Positions 1-8,248 of a DNA stretch of 64,000 nucleotides are shown here, in pieces. Position numbers and translations under genes: made by a program. The DNA comes from an uncultured Alphaproteobacteria bacterium. Its GTDB lineage: Bacteria; Pseudomonadota; Alphaproteobacteria; Methylaequorales; Methylaequoraceae. Numbering within the stretch: position 1 is the stretch's first letter; each line of letters starts with the position of its first letter. Below the pieces are notes generated by a model. It was given only the letters and a program-made list of their open reading frames with translations, was not told the origin of the DNA and ran no database searches. The DNA lies in contig CACHGK010000001.1 of NCBI GenBank assembly GCA_902579395.1, positions 64,504 to 128,503 of the forward strand, in the 5' to 3' direction.

Positions 1-137
1 TTAAAAATAAATGAAATCAGTATCTTAGATATAGAATCTGATTCACCGCTTTATTTAAAAACGTTTTAATATCTCATATTTACATCAACCTTAAATAAAA
101 TTTTCTTCAAAAATATTATTAAAAATAAAAAGTAGTG

Positions 138-758
138 TTAAATTTCTTTGTTAAGTGTGATTAAACGAAATCTACCACCTTGATATTTAGAATCTTTTTT
201 TGTAAGTATCTCAAAAATAGTAACGCTTTGATTATTGATTTCTACCCCAACTGAATATTCAGGTTTTATTCGAAGGGCATGTGATAAAATTGCTCTTATA
301 GTTCCTGCATGTGAAATGATCACTAAATTCTCATTATTCACAAAATTTAAGTTTTCAATCCAATATTTTACTCTTTTACATTGTTGTGCATAACTTTCTC
401 CATTTGGAGGAGATATTTCTGGAGATAAAAATGAAAAATTATGTTTAGTTTTATTTTCTCTAATAGTTTTCCAAATTATAGAAACCTTTTTTCCTGACCA
501 ATCACCAAAATTTTGTTCGCTAAGATTTTCTTCCTGAATTATTTTAGAGTAAGGCACATATTTTGATAGTGCTTTTGCAGTTTGGATTGCTCTTTTTAAG
601 GGACTAACATACCAAACACAATCGCGAGGAATAAGTGTAGATAATTTTTTTAATTTACTAAGTTGTATGATGGCATCTGGATTATGTTCTGGAAAAAAAC
701 CTGAAAATGATTTCACAGGGGCGTGACGAATTAAAAATAATTTTCCCGGCTTAATCAA
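138..758 (-). CDS. cobC: alpha-ribazole phosphatase (histidine phosphatase / PGAM-like family)
   Basis: 206-aa ORF with histidine-phosphatase motifs: LIRHAP near the N-terminus, SPLKRAIQTA, FGDWSG and ISHAGTIRA. It overlaps the upstream cobS by 4 nt, so the specific function is assigned from context. Confidence 0.6.
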   Translation of the reverse strand: MIKPGKLFLIRHAPVKSFSGFFPEHNPDAIIQLSKLKKLSTLIPRDCVWYVSPLKRAIQTAKALSKYVPYSKIIQEENLSEQNFGDWSGKKVSIIWKTIRENKTKHNFSFLSPEISPPNGESYAQQCKRVKYWIENLNFVNNENLVIISHAGTIRAILSHALRIKPEYSVGVEINNQSVTIFEILTKKDSKYQGGRFRLITLNKEI

Positions 759-1540
759 TTTATTAAAGATATTACGATAACATTTCCAAATAGAAACATT
801 AACTCTGTTAGAAAAGCTATTGCACCTAAAATATCACCGGTAATACCTCCTAGAGCATTTTTTGATTTTAGACCTACTACAAAAATAATGGAAAGCATTA
901 AAATTATACCTAATAATATTCCATCTAGTGGCAAAATAAATAATGTAGGAACAATCCAGATTAAAATTGCAATTATTAGATTTTTATTAGATATTTTTTT
1001 TACAATAGTTCCAGTTTTTGCAAATTTTGAATGCGAAAATAAGTTTCTTGAAAAAATAATTGCAATTTTTCCTGATGCAAAACCTATTGAAAGTATAGAA
1101 ATTAAAGAATATCCCATTTCAGCTAAAGAAATAATTAAACCAAGTCTTAAGAGTAAGCCTAAAACCAATGCCACAACTCCGTAAGTACCTAATCGACTAT
1201 CATGAATAATTCTATTAATTTTTTTTTCACTACCTCCAGCTCCTAAACCGTCTGATGTGTCAGCAAGACCATCTTCATGAAATGCACCAGTTAAAAGAAC
1301 GCTTATGGTAATTGAAATAACTGAGGATAAAAATATCGACAATCCCAAACTTATAAACCAATCACCTATTCCTCCTGATAAAAATCCAATAATAAAACCT
1401 ATAAGTGGAAAGGTCCATGCAGCATTTGTTAAATCTGGAGCTTTATTTGAAAAATACGACCATTTAACTGGAATTCTTGTGAAAAACATAATTGATGCCA
1501 TAAAATCTACAAAATATTTATTTTTAAAAAAAAATTGCAT
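755..1540 (-). CDS. cobS: adenosylcobinamide-GDP ribazoletransferase (cobalamin synthase)
   Basis: 261-aa polytopic membrane ORF. It carries N-terminal FFTRIPV and the FHEDGLADTSDGLG motif typical of CobS, and sits between cobT and cobC. Confidence 0.8.
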   Translation of the reverse strand: MQFFFKNKYFVDFMASIMFFTRIPVKWSYFSNKAPDLTNAAWTFPLIGFIIGFLSGGIGDWFISLGLSIFLSSVISITISVLLTGAFHEDGLADTSDGLGAGGSEKKINRIIHDSRLGTYGVVALVLGLLLRLGLIISLAEMGYSLISILSIGFASGKIAIIFSRNLFSHSKFAKTGTIVKKISNKNLIIAILIWIVPTLFILPLDGILLGIILMLSIIFVVGLKSKNALGGITGDILGAIAFLTELMFLFGNVIVISLIN

Positions 1541-1542
1541 AA

Positions 1543-2559
1543 TTAGGTTTTTGTGCTGATACCAGCCTCTGAAAATGTTGCCATTTTATTATGGGTAACT
1601 AAAGCTGCCTTAATTATTAATGCTGCTACAGCACCGCCGCTAGCCTCACCAAGCCTCATATTTAAATCAAGAATAGGCTTTTTTTTGAGGCATGAAAGAA
1701 TGTGTTGATGACCTGGCTCGGAAGAAAGATGAGAAATTTGACAATGATCGAGAAAATCTTTTTTAAAAAGTGTTAATGTAGCCGCAGATACTGTTGATAT
1801 AAAACCATCTAATAAAACCGGAATTCCCATTACTCTTGCAGCAATGACTGATCCAGCAATTGCAGCCATTTCTTTACCTCCAAACGCTGCCAAAATATTA
1901 CAAAAACTATCGAATTTTTTCCCATGCAATTTTAACCCAGCCTTAATTACTGCAATTTTATTTTTGAGCCTTCGACTTGATATACCAGTTCCTAATCCAA
2001 TTAGTTGTTTTAAAGGTCCATTAAAAAGTGCACATGAAATAGCTGTTGCAGCCGTTGTATTTGATATACCCATTTCTCCAAGTATTAACAAATTACATTT
2101 TTTTGGAACTGAATTATATCCTAATTCCAACAAATTAATGGTTTCATCATAATTCATGGCTTTTTCTCTTGAAAAATCTTTTGTAGGTTTTGTTAGTTCA
2201 ATTGGAATAACAGATAACTTTATATTTGCTAAATCACAAAGTTGATTTATGGCGGCACCACCATTCTTAAAGTTTTTTACCATCTGTTCAGTTACTTCGG
2301 CTGGGTATGCTGATACTTTTTTTTTTGCAACACCGTGGTTACCAGCAAAAACTAAACATTTAAAATTATTTATTGATGGTTTTTTTTTTTTCTTCCATCC
2401 AGCCATCCAAACTGCATAGTTTTCTAAATCACCCAAACTTCCTTTAGGTTTAGTAAGTTTGTTTTGATGTTTTCTTGCTAAATTTGCATAATGATTATCA
2501 AAATTTTTGAGCAAAATTTTTCCATTTAATAAATTTTTAATAATTTTTTTATTATCCAT
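1543..2559 (-). CDS. cobT: nicotinate-nucleotide--dimethylbenzimidazole phosphoribosyltransferase
   Basis: 338-aa ORF with GEMGISNTTAATAI, PVLLDGFISTVSAA and MRLGEASGGAVA motifs characteristic of CobT. There is a 2-nt gap to cobS. Confidence 0.85.
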   Translation of the reverse strand: MDNKKIIKNLLNGKILLKNFDNHYANLARKHQNKLTKPKGSLGDLENYAVWMAGWKKKKKPSINNFKCLVFAGNHGVAKKKVSAYPAEVTEQMVKNFKNGGAAINQLCDLANIKLSVIPIELTKPTKDFSREKAMNYDETINLLELGYNSVPKKCNLLILGEMGISNTTAATAISCALFNGPLKQLIGLGTGISSRRLKNKIAVIKAGLKLHGKKFDSFCNILAAFGGKEMAAIAGSVIAARVMGIPVLLDGFISTVSAATLTLFKKDFLDHCQISHLSSEPGHQHILSCLKKKPILDLNMRLGEASGGAVAALIIKAALVTHNKMATFSEAGISTKT

Positions 2560-2685
2560 AATTAAATTTTAGATTAATATTATTAGAAAGTAAATTTTTA
2601 GAAAACCTATTTTGGGTTCAAAAGTTAAACTAAACAAATTTTTATTTTATTGTTTATTTTCTTTTAATCAAAAATATTTTTTAAT

Positions 2686-4290
2686 TTAAGATGTTAATTT
2701 TAAATCTTTAAAATTTTCTGGTAAGTAATTATTAAAATAATTTTTTAATGCAGGTAAATTGGATGCCATTAATTTAAAACTATCTTTTTCAATTTTTAAA
2801 ACCTCAGAATTCCTTGTTGCTTTAATAGTCCCTGTTCTTCTTCCACCCTCAAGAATTACTCTTGAACCAAAATGATCGCCTTTTTTATAAATTTTCTTAA
2901 AAATTTTACCATTTTTTGTATTTTTATACGTATTAATAAATTCACCTTTTTGTACGATGTAGAAACCGTCTGCAATCATACCCTCTGTAAAAATAACATC
3001 ATTTTTTTTATAGTTTTGAAACTCAAATGAATTTTTTTTAATAGAATCTGTCAGTACTGCATTTCTTGGAACAATACACTCTACTAACCATCCAACAAAT
3101 ACCCTAATTTTTGTTGAGATTGACGGTAATAGAGAAAGGTAGAAAATCTTCCATACAACCCAAGCAACAAATCCTTTCAACTGTATGAAGTAGATTTTGC
3201 CTACTCCAACTTTTGAACCCAGAGATGCTAATGCACCCTGAGATCTAAAATTGAACGGCTTCATTTTCTTACTTAATGTTTTTAATAATATGTTCTTGGA
3301 TAATACATGTGCCTGTCTTACTGCGCATTGTGCAGTTAGAGGAGAATCAATCAAAACATCTTTTGAATTAGAAGGAACAAATGCGCAATCACCTAAGGCC
3401 CAAATATTTGTATTATTTACTACCTCTAAATATTGATTTGTAAGGATTCTGCCTTTTTCTAATTTCATATTAGCTTGTTTTATAATATCAGAAACAGATG
3501 ATCCAATTGTGGAAATTACTGTATTTGTATCAATAGATATATCATTTGATAGATAAACCTTTAAAGATGAAACCTCTTTGAGTTTTGTGTTTAAATGAAG
3601 TTTAATATTTAAATTTCTAAAAACTTTTTGAGTATACAAACTCATTTTTGTGTCTAACTCTGGAAGAAGTCTGTTGGAAATTTCCACAACATGAATTTTA
3701 ATTTCAGATTTGTCTATATTTTTATAATATATAAGAAGTCTATCTATCATCTCTTTTAACTCGCCGGATGTTTCAACTCCAGAAAAACCTCCTCCAATTA
3801 TGACAAAATTCAATAACCTTTTTTTGAGTTTACAATCATTTGTAACATCTGCTAGTTCTAAGCATCTGATTACATGGTTTCTTATATTGTAAGCATCTTT
3901 CAGATTTTTGATCGTCATTGAATTGTTCTTAAGACCGGGTATAATGTCTGAGTTATTTTCTTGACCTAACGCTATAACTAAATGATCAAATGAAATATAA
4001 TGCTGTCGTCTTCTAAAACCTTGTACTATACCAACATTTTTATCGTTAAGATTAATTGAATTTACTTCTGCATGTCTAAATTTTATTGAATCTAACATTT
4101 GCCTGATAGGAGTTACTGCATCTGAGGCAGAAATAACACCTGATGCAACCTCAGGTAATAAAGGTTGAAATACGAAATAATTATTATTACTAATTAGTTC
4201 AATTTCAAATGAATTTAGTTTAATTTTCTGTAAACGTTTAGCACAATAAATTCCTCCAAAGCCTCCACCTATAATTAAAATTTTCGTCAT
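2686..4290 (-). CDS. ndh: type II NADH dehydrogenase (NDH-2) with C-terminal cyclic-nucleotide-binding domain
   Basis: The N-terminus has two dinucleotide-binding motifs (ILIIGGGFGGIY and FVIIGGGFSGVETSGEL) and FQPLLPEVASG, typical of NDH-2. An amphipathic or hydrophobic segment (FVAWVVWKIFYLSLLP) follows. The last ~120 aa look like a cNMP-binding fold (FYIVQKGEF ... GDHFGSRVILEGGRRTGTIKA). Confidence 0.75.
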   Translation of the reverse strand: MTKILIIGGGFGGIYCAKRLQKIKLNSFEIELISNNNYFVFQPLLPEVASGVISASDAVTPIRQMLDSIKFRHAEVNSINLNDKNVGIVQGFRRRQHYISFDHLVIALGQENNSDIIPGLKNNSMTIKNLKDAYNIRNHVIRCLELADVTNDCKLKKRLLNFVIIGGGFSGVETSGELKEMIDRLLIYYKNIDKSEIKIHVVEISNRLLPELDTKMSLYTQKVFRNLNIKLHLNTKLKEVSSLKVYLSNDISIDTNTVISTIGSSVSDIIKQANMKLEKGRILTNQYLEVVNNTNIWALGDCAFVPSNSKDVLIDSPLTAQCAVRQAHVLSKNILLKTLSKKMKPFNFRSQGALASLGSKVGVGKIYFIQLKGFVAWVVWKIFYLSLLPSISTKIRVFVGWLVECIVPRNAVLTDSIKKNSFEFQNYKKNDVIFTEGMIADGFYIVQKGEFINTYKNTKNGKIFKKIYKKGDHFGSRVILEGGRRTGTIKATRNSEVLKIEKDSFKLMASNLPALKNYFNNYLPENFKDLKLTS

Positions 4291-4319
4291 TTTACCTTAG
4301 TTTTTTTTAAATAATTAAA

Positions 4320-4745
4320 TTATTTTGCTCGATTTCCTCTTAACGCAAAAAATAATCCAGCACAGTATAAAATTATATGGAAATGATCATATAATAAAAC
4401 TTCTATGAAACTATCAGGCTTACTGACAAGTATCACCCCACTGATAACAATCACCACGATTGTTCCAGAAAACCTTGTTAATAAATCACCAAATAACCTT
4501 AAAAAACCTAATGATCTAAAAATTCCTCCGAAAAGCAGTCCAAACCCTGCTAATAATTCGCTTATTATAACAAATAACCAGATTATTATAGGTAAATCAT
4601 ATGAATCTGCATCACTGGGATCAATTGGAAGTTTATCTAAGCCTTGTTGAATAAAAACAATGGCTAAGGGCATCCTAATCAACCAATTTGAGCCATTAAA
4701 ATCTGGGAGTTTGTTATTAATTTTTCTTAAATATGCGTCAAACAT
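4320..4745 (-). CDS. DoxX-like small integral membrane protein
   Basis: 141-aa ORF with about 4 hydrophobic helices. The N-terminal segment RMPLAIVFIQQGLDKL resembles the DoxX family. There is a 29-nt gap to the ndh-like gene. The family assignment is weak. Confidence 0.35.
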   Translation of the reverse strand: MFDAYLRKINNKLPDFNGSNWLIRMPLAIVFIQQGLDKLPIDPSDADSYDLPIIIWLFVIISELLAGFGLLFGGIFRSLGFLRLFGDLLTRFSGTIVVIVISGVILVSKPDSFIEVLLYDHFHIILYCAGLFFALRGNRAK

Positions 4746-4899
4746 ACTTAAAATAATAACAACAAAATATAATTGATCAAATTTATTTACTGAACAAAGT
4801 ATATTTATATTATGAATAAACTATTCTTGATTTTTTGGTAGTGGGTTTTCATAAACATCCATAACTGAGGTTAGATTTGCAAAAGTCTAATATATTAAT

Positions 4900-6264
4900 T
4901 TAAATCCAAATATCAGATGAGCAATCACCGCCGGGATATCTTGTTTCATGAGCTCGAGAAGGACCATTTGGTTCTTTTCCAAAATCTATTAAAAAATTAT
5001 CTCTAATTTTCATACCACCTTTTTCATTGTCACAATCAACAATTAGCATCATGCCTCCAGATTCGTTCATTTTTGGATAGAATTGATTATCCCAGGATGA
5101 AAATAAAGATGTAGTTACATACAATCTTTTACCATCAAGTGAGAGTTGAATCATTTGAGGAGCACCGTTAACTTCTCTTCCGTTAACATTATTAGCTTTT
5201 CCTAATAATCCTCCTATCCAAACTTGTCCTGTAAGTTTAGGTTGTGAAGGATTAGAAATATCATACTGCCTTAGATCACCGTGAAGCCAATTAGAAAAAT
5301 AAAGGTATTTATCATCCATTGATACTAAAATATCTGTGATTAAGCCAGGCATTGGGACTGGGAGAATTTTGTTATCTATTGACTCTACATCTATAATTTT
5401 TTCTATTCTATAATCATTATCTGAGGTTTTATACCAGTGGAATATATTTGAGCTTAATGCGGCTCCAACGAAGCCATGACTTGAATCAGGATTGTGATGA
5501 AATCTTACCTCTAACGGAATCAAACCCTCATCACCAAGGTCTACAGATTTAATTATCTTTTTTTCTTTGAAATTCCAAAAATGAATGTGCCTTCCGTAAT
5601 TATTTTTTGAAACGTCCTCTAAGTTAAAACCAGGTATAAATGTTTTTGGAGCACCCCATTCTGTGGATACCATAATATTATGCCTTGGTTGATACCAAAA
5701 ATCATAACTAAAATTCATCCCTTTTATATCTTTCTCCCATCTTCCTACAATTTCAAAATCCTTGTTTAGATGAAGAAATCCTCCAGGAGCATTACCATTG
5801 GCGTCACCAAGCATTGAAACGATTATTTCTGAGCCTAGACAATGGACAGTATGAGGAGAAGAAAGATTTGTTTTCTGCTTTATTTCTTCTCCAGAAATTG
5901 TTTTATATAAAGTTGGTTTTTTGGAATCAGTTGCCGTGTCTACTATATAAAAATTACTACTTTGTAATCCAGGTATGATTAAATATTTTCTTTGCATTTT
6001 TTCATCATCATGACATGATGAACAAGCATTCCAACCCATATGATGCAACTCATCTCCATAATTTCCAAGTTCAGTTCTACATATAACTTTGCCATAAGTT
6101 GGACTTTCAATATCAACATCAATAGTAGCAAGATAGTCCGGTTTTTTAATATTACTTCCAGTATAGATGCATACTGTGTAAACTACTTTCTCCTTAGGCG
6201 CTTTTAATGCTTCTTGTGGAGAGGCATAGCCTGGTCCTGAACAACATTTAACTTCATCTAACAT
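4900..6264 (-). CDS. selenium-binding protein 56 family / methanethiol oxidase homologue, no signal peptide
   Basis: 454-aa ORF that aligns end to end, from memory, with eukaryotic SELENBP1. Shared segments include N-terminal CCSGPGYASPQEALK, DELHHMGWNACSSC, YDFWYQPRHNIMVSTEW, MPGLITDILVSMDDKYLYFSNWLHGDLRQYDIS, PQMIQLSLDGKRLYVTTSL and C-terminal RYPGGDCSSDIWI. Confidence 0.85.
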   Translation of the reverse strand: MLDEVKCCSGPGYASPQEALKAPKEKVVYTVCIYTGSNIKKPDYLATIDVDIESPTYGKVICRTELGNYGDELHHMGWNACSSCHDDEKMQRKYLIIPGLQSSNFYIVDTATDSKKPTLYKTISGEEIKQKTNLSSPHTVHCLGSEIIVSMLGDANGNAPGGFLHLNKDFEIVGRWEKDIKGMNFSYDFWYQPRHNIMVSTEWGAPKTFIPGFNLEDVSKNNYGRHIHFWNFKEKKIIKSVDLGDEGLIPLEVRFHHNPDSSHGFVGAALSSNIFHWYKTSDNDYRIEKIIDVESIDNKILPVPMPGLITDILVSMDDKYLYFSNWLHGDLRQYDISNPSQPKLTGQVWIGGLLGKANNVNGREVNGAPQMIQLSLDGKRLYVTTSLFSSWDNQFYPKMNESGGMMLIVDCDNEKGGMKIRDNFLIDFGKEPNGPSRAHETRYPGGDCSSDIWI

Positions 6265-6344
6265 AATTTATTCCCTTAAAATTATTTAATATTATATAAT
6301 CATTTTAAAGATCTTTTTTTCTTTTTTATTTAAGGTAAAATTTA

Positions 6345-6725
6345 TTAAAAGATTTTTGTTGCCAAAAAAGCAAAGAAAAAACCAATTAAATAAAGTATCG
6401 ATGAAATATACAGCATTGTTAAATTTATATATCTAAGTTTCGAGCAAAGATTTGCCAATTTAGCATCAGATGGACATGGAGATTTTCTTTCCTTCAAAAA
6501 TAGTATAATTGAAAAAAAAATCATAAATCCAGCTGTTATAAAAATCTCAATTTTATATTTAGATATAATTGTTATCCAGGGAAATACAGAGATTATACTA
6601 GCTAATGCTGCGCCCATTCCAAGTGTTATAAGTAATGCAGGTAAGGCACAGCAAATCAATGTACTAAAGCTTGCAAACAAACTTAGTATAGGTGTAAAAA
6701 ATTGTTTAAATAAGCTTCTATTCAC
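6345..6725 (-). CDS. MerT-topology small metal-transport membrane protein (putative)
   Basis: 126 aa with three predicted TM helices. TM1 carries the vicinal cysteines LICCALPALL, comparable to the MerT CCLGPL motif. The loop before TM3 carries a second Cys pair (SPCPSDAKLANLC). It overlaps the upstream HMA gene by 8 nt. Confidence 0.4.
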   Translation of the reverse strand: MNRSLFKQFFTPILSLFASFSTLICCALPALLITLGMGAALASIISVFPWITIISKYKIEIFITAGFMIFFSIILFLKERKSPCPSDAKLANLCSKLRYINLTMLYISSILYLIGFFFAFLATKIF

Positions 6726-7023
6726 GGTTTATCTCAACTATATCATAACCAGAATCATTTATTATTTGTTTTATGGTTTGATTATCCAAGTTTTTATTTT
6801 TCTTTAATCTCACCGTTATTAACATTTTTTCTAAATTTACATCAATATCTAAAACTGATTCTCTTTTCATAAAAAGTTTTTCAATTGATCTTGCGCAAAA
6901 ATCACAAACCAACCCATTCACTGATATAGTAAAAAAATCTTTAGTATTTTCCTTATTCTCTGCATTTGTCAGATTACTCATAAGAATCAATATAGAAAAA
7001 GTTATATAAAAAAATAATTTCAT
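6718..7023 (-). CDS. periplasmic heavy-metal-associated (HMA, MerP/CopZ-like) protein
   Basis: 101 aa with an N-terminal signal peptide (ILILMSNLTNA-EN). An HMA fold signature follows: ISVNGLVCDFCARSIEKLF (CxxC) ... DVNLEKMLITVRL ... DSGYDIVEI. Confidence 0.7.
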   Translation of the reverse strand: MKLFFYITFSILILMSNLTNAENKENTKDFFTISVNGLVCDFCARSIEKLFMKRESVLDIDVNLEKMLITVRLKKNKNLDNQTIKQIINDSGYDIVEINRE

Positions 7024-7034
7024 TTTTATTCTCC

Positions 7035-7682
7035 CTAAAATCTTTTTATAAAATTAAAAGTAAAGTTATTATTGTTGCTAAGCCCTGTCTCTAACAAATA
7101 ATCGTCTTTAAACAATCTCAGCAAAGGTGTAAAAACCATTTTGTCTTGAACATTGGGCATATGTTGAATTTCTAACATAAACCAAGTATGCAAATCCCCA
7201 TATTTTCCTATATAAGGAGAGTATCCTACTCGAGCTTTTTGAACAAAAAATTTATCAATCGAAGAGTTATAATTTATTCTATTTTCATAACTTGTGAAAT
7301 ACCGCCTATCTTCCCAGTCAAAAGACAAACCAGAAAAAAAATTTGGCTCAATTTTTTTTTCAAAGTTTTTATAATCACTAAAGGCAATACCTAAACCATT
7401 TTTAAGATAAAAATTTGTCTGAGATTTCGACGTGTTTATTCGTTTTATGAGATAATTTAACTGTGTGCCATGAAACTGCCACTCTTTTTTTCTCCAAAAC
7501 TCACTTTTATAACCGATAGAATATTTTATTGAAGGAGAAAAATGAAAATGGAAACTATGTTTATTAAAATCATTCATTTGCATAATTGTCCAACCTCCTG
7601 CATAAGAAATTGGTCTAGCATGTGATTTGGTTATAAAAATCAACACTGATAAAAAAAAACAGCGAAGTATAATTTTATTCAT
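7035..7682 (-). CDS. putative small outer-membrane beta-barrel protein
   Basis: 215 aa with a signal peptide (FITKSHA-RP). It has alternating aromatic/polar strands rich in Y/F/W/N and a C-terminal ...FNFIKRF ending in Phe, as in OMP barrels. I recognise no family. Confidence 0.35.
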   Translation of the reverse strand: MNKIILRCFFLSVLIFITKSHARPISYAGGWTIMQMNDFNKHSFHFHFSPSIKYSIGYKSEFWRKKEWQFHGTQLNYLIKRINTSKSQTNFYLKNGLGIAFSDYKNFEKKIEPNFFSGLSFDWEDRRYFTSYENRINYNSSIDKFFVQKARVGYSPYIGKYGDLHTWFMLEIQHMPNVQDKMVFTPLLRLFKDDYLLETGLSNNNNFTFNFIKRF

Positions 7683-7739
7683 TACATTCTCCTTCTAAAT
7701 ATGGGCTGAAAAGAAAGTTATCTTCTTTTCTTTAAATTT

Positions 7740-8081
7740 TCAGGATAAAAATCTTGGTGGTGGATCCTCTGTTTTGAGGTTTAATGAATTAAATTTTTCG
7801 AGAAAGTTATTCAAATGGGGTGTAAAATTTACAGAAATTAAAAATTTAATATATTCAAGTTTTTGTATTTGAATTAAATGACAATCACATTTAAAGCAAA
7901 ATTGTAATGTTTTTTTTTCTGTAGAATGACTGTGACAATTCTCATCGTTCTTGACTTTTTTATATAAATGATCTTTTAATTCGTGTTTGCTAATACAAAT
8001 GGAGATGGATTTGCTTAAAACATTTGAAGTCATCAATCCACTGATAAGCAAAAAAAATAAAAAAAATTTATAAAATTTCAC
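7740..8081 (-). CDS. secreted Cys/His-rich small protein, unknown function
   Basis: 113 aa with a signal peptide and clustered potential metal ligands (ENCHSHS, CFKCDCH). It is the first gene of the minus-strand arm, divergent from the TonB-dependent receptor. Confidence 0.3.
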   Translation of the reverse strand: MKFYKFFLFFLLISGLMTSNVLSKSISICISKHELKDHLYKKVKNDENCHSHSTEKKTLQFCFKCDCHLIQIQKLEYIKFLISVNFTPHLNNFLEKFNSLNLKTEDPPPRFLS

Positions 8082-8218
8082 ATTATTAATTTAATATAAA
8101 TTTTTTTAAATAAAAGGCCTTTAGTATTAAATTCTTAAACATTCACGGAATAATTATAAGTTTCAGTGCGTCTAAATTAGTACTTACGAAATTTTAATCT
8201 ATTTTGTTAGGTGAAGGG

Positions 8219-8248
8219 TTGACAAAATAATAAGTGTTATAATATAAC
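8219..8248 (+). promoter_or_regulatory. sigma70-type promoter candidate for the TonB-dependent receptor operon
   Basis: TTGACA lies at 8219-8224. An 18-nt spacer leads to TATAAC (8243-8248). A consensus TATAAT at 8238-8243 would have only a 13-nt spacer. AGGAAA, a possible RBS, lies at 8272-8277 before the ATG at 8282. Confidence 0.45.

Noticed and set aside
15-43. Inverted repeat AATCAG...CTGATT downstream of cobC, considered as a possible terminator.
   Set aside because: It has only a 6-bp stem with a 17-nt loop and is too weak to call.
888-1184. 98-aa ORF on the plus strand inside cobS, and the similar 1305..1559 ORF.
   Set aside because: It is antisense to a well-supported cobS gene. 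The low-complexity I/K/F-rich translation is typical of shadow ORFs in AT-rich DNA.
1844-2152. 102-aa plus-strand ORF inside cobT.
   Set aside because: It is antisense to a motif-rich cobT reading frame and has no recognisable domain.
2560-2685. Possible cobalamin riboswitch in the cobT leader.
   Set aside because: No B12-box-like GC-containing core or paired stems are visible. The sequence is nearly all A/T.
2686-4290. I considered whether the flavoprotein downstream of SBP56 is a sulfide:quinone oxidoreductase that would consume H2S from methanethiol oxidation.
   Set aside because: The FQPLLPEVASG motif and the second-motif context (IIGGGFSGVETSGEL) fit NDH-2 rather than SQR. A phylogeny would be needed to settle it.
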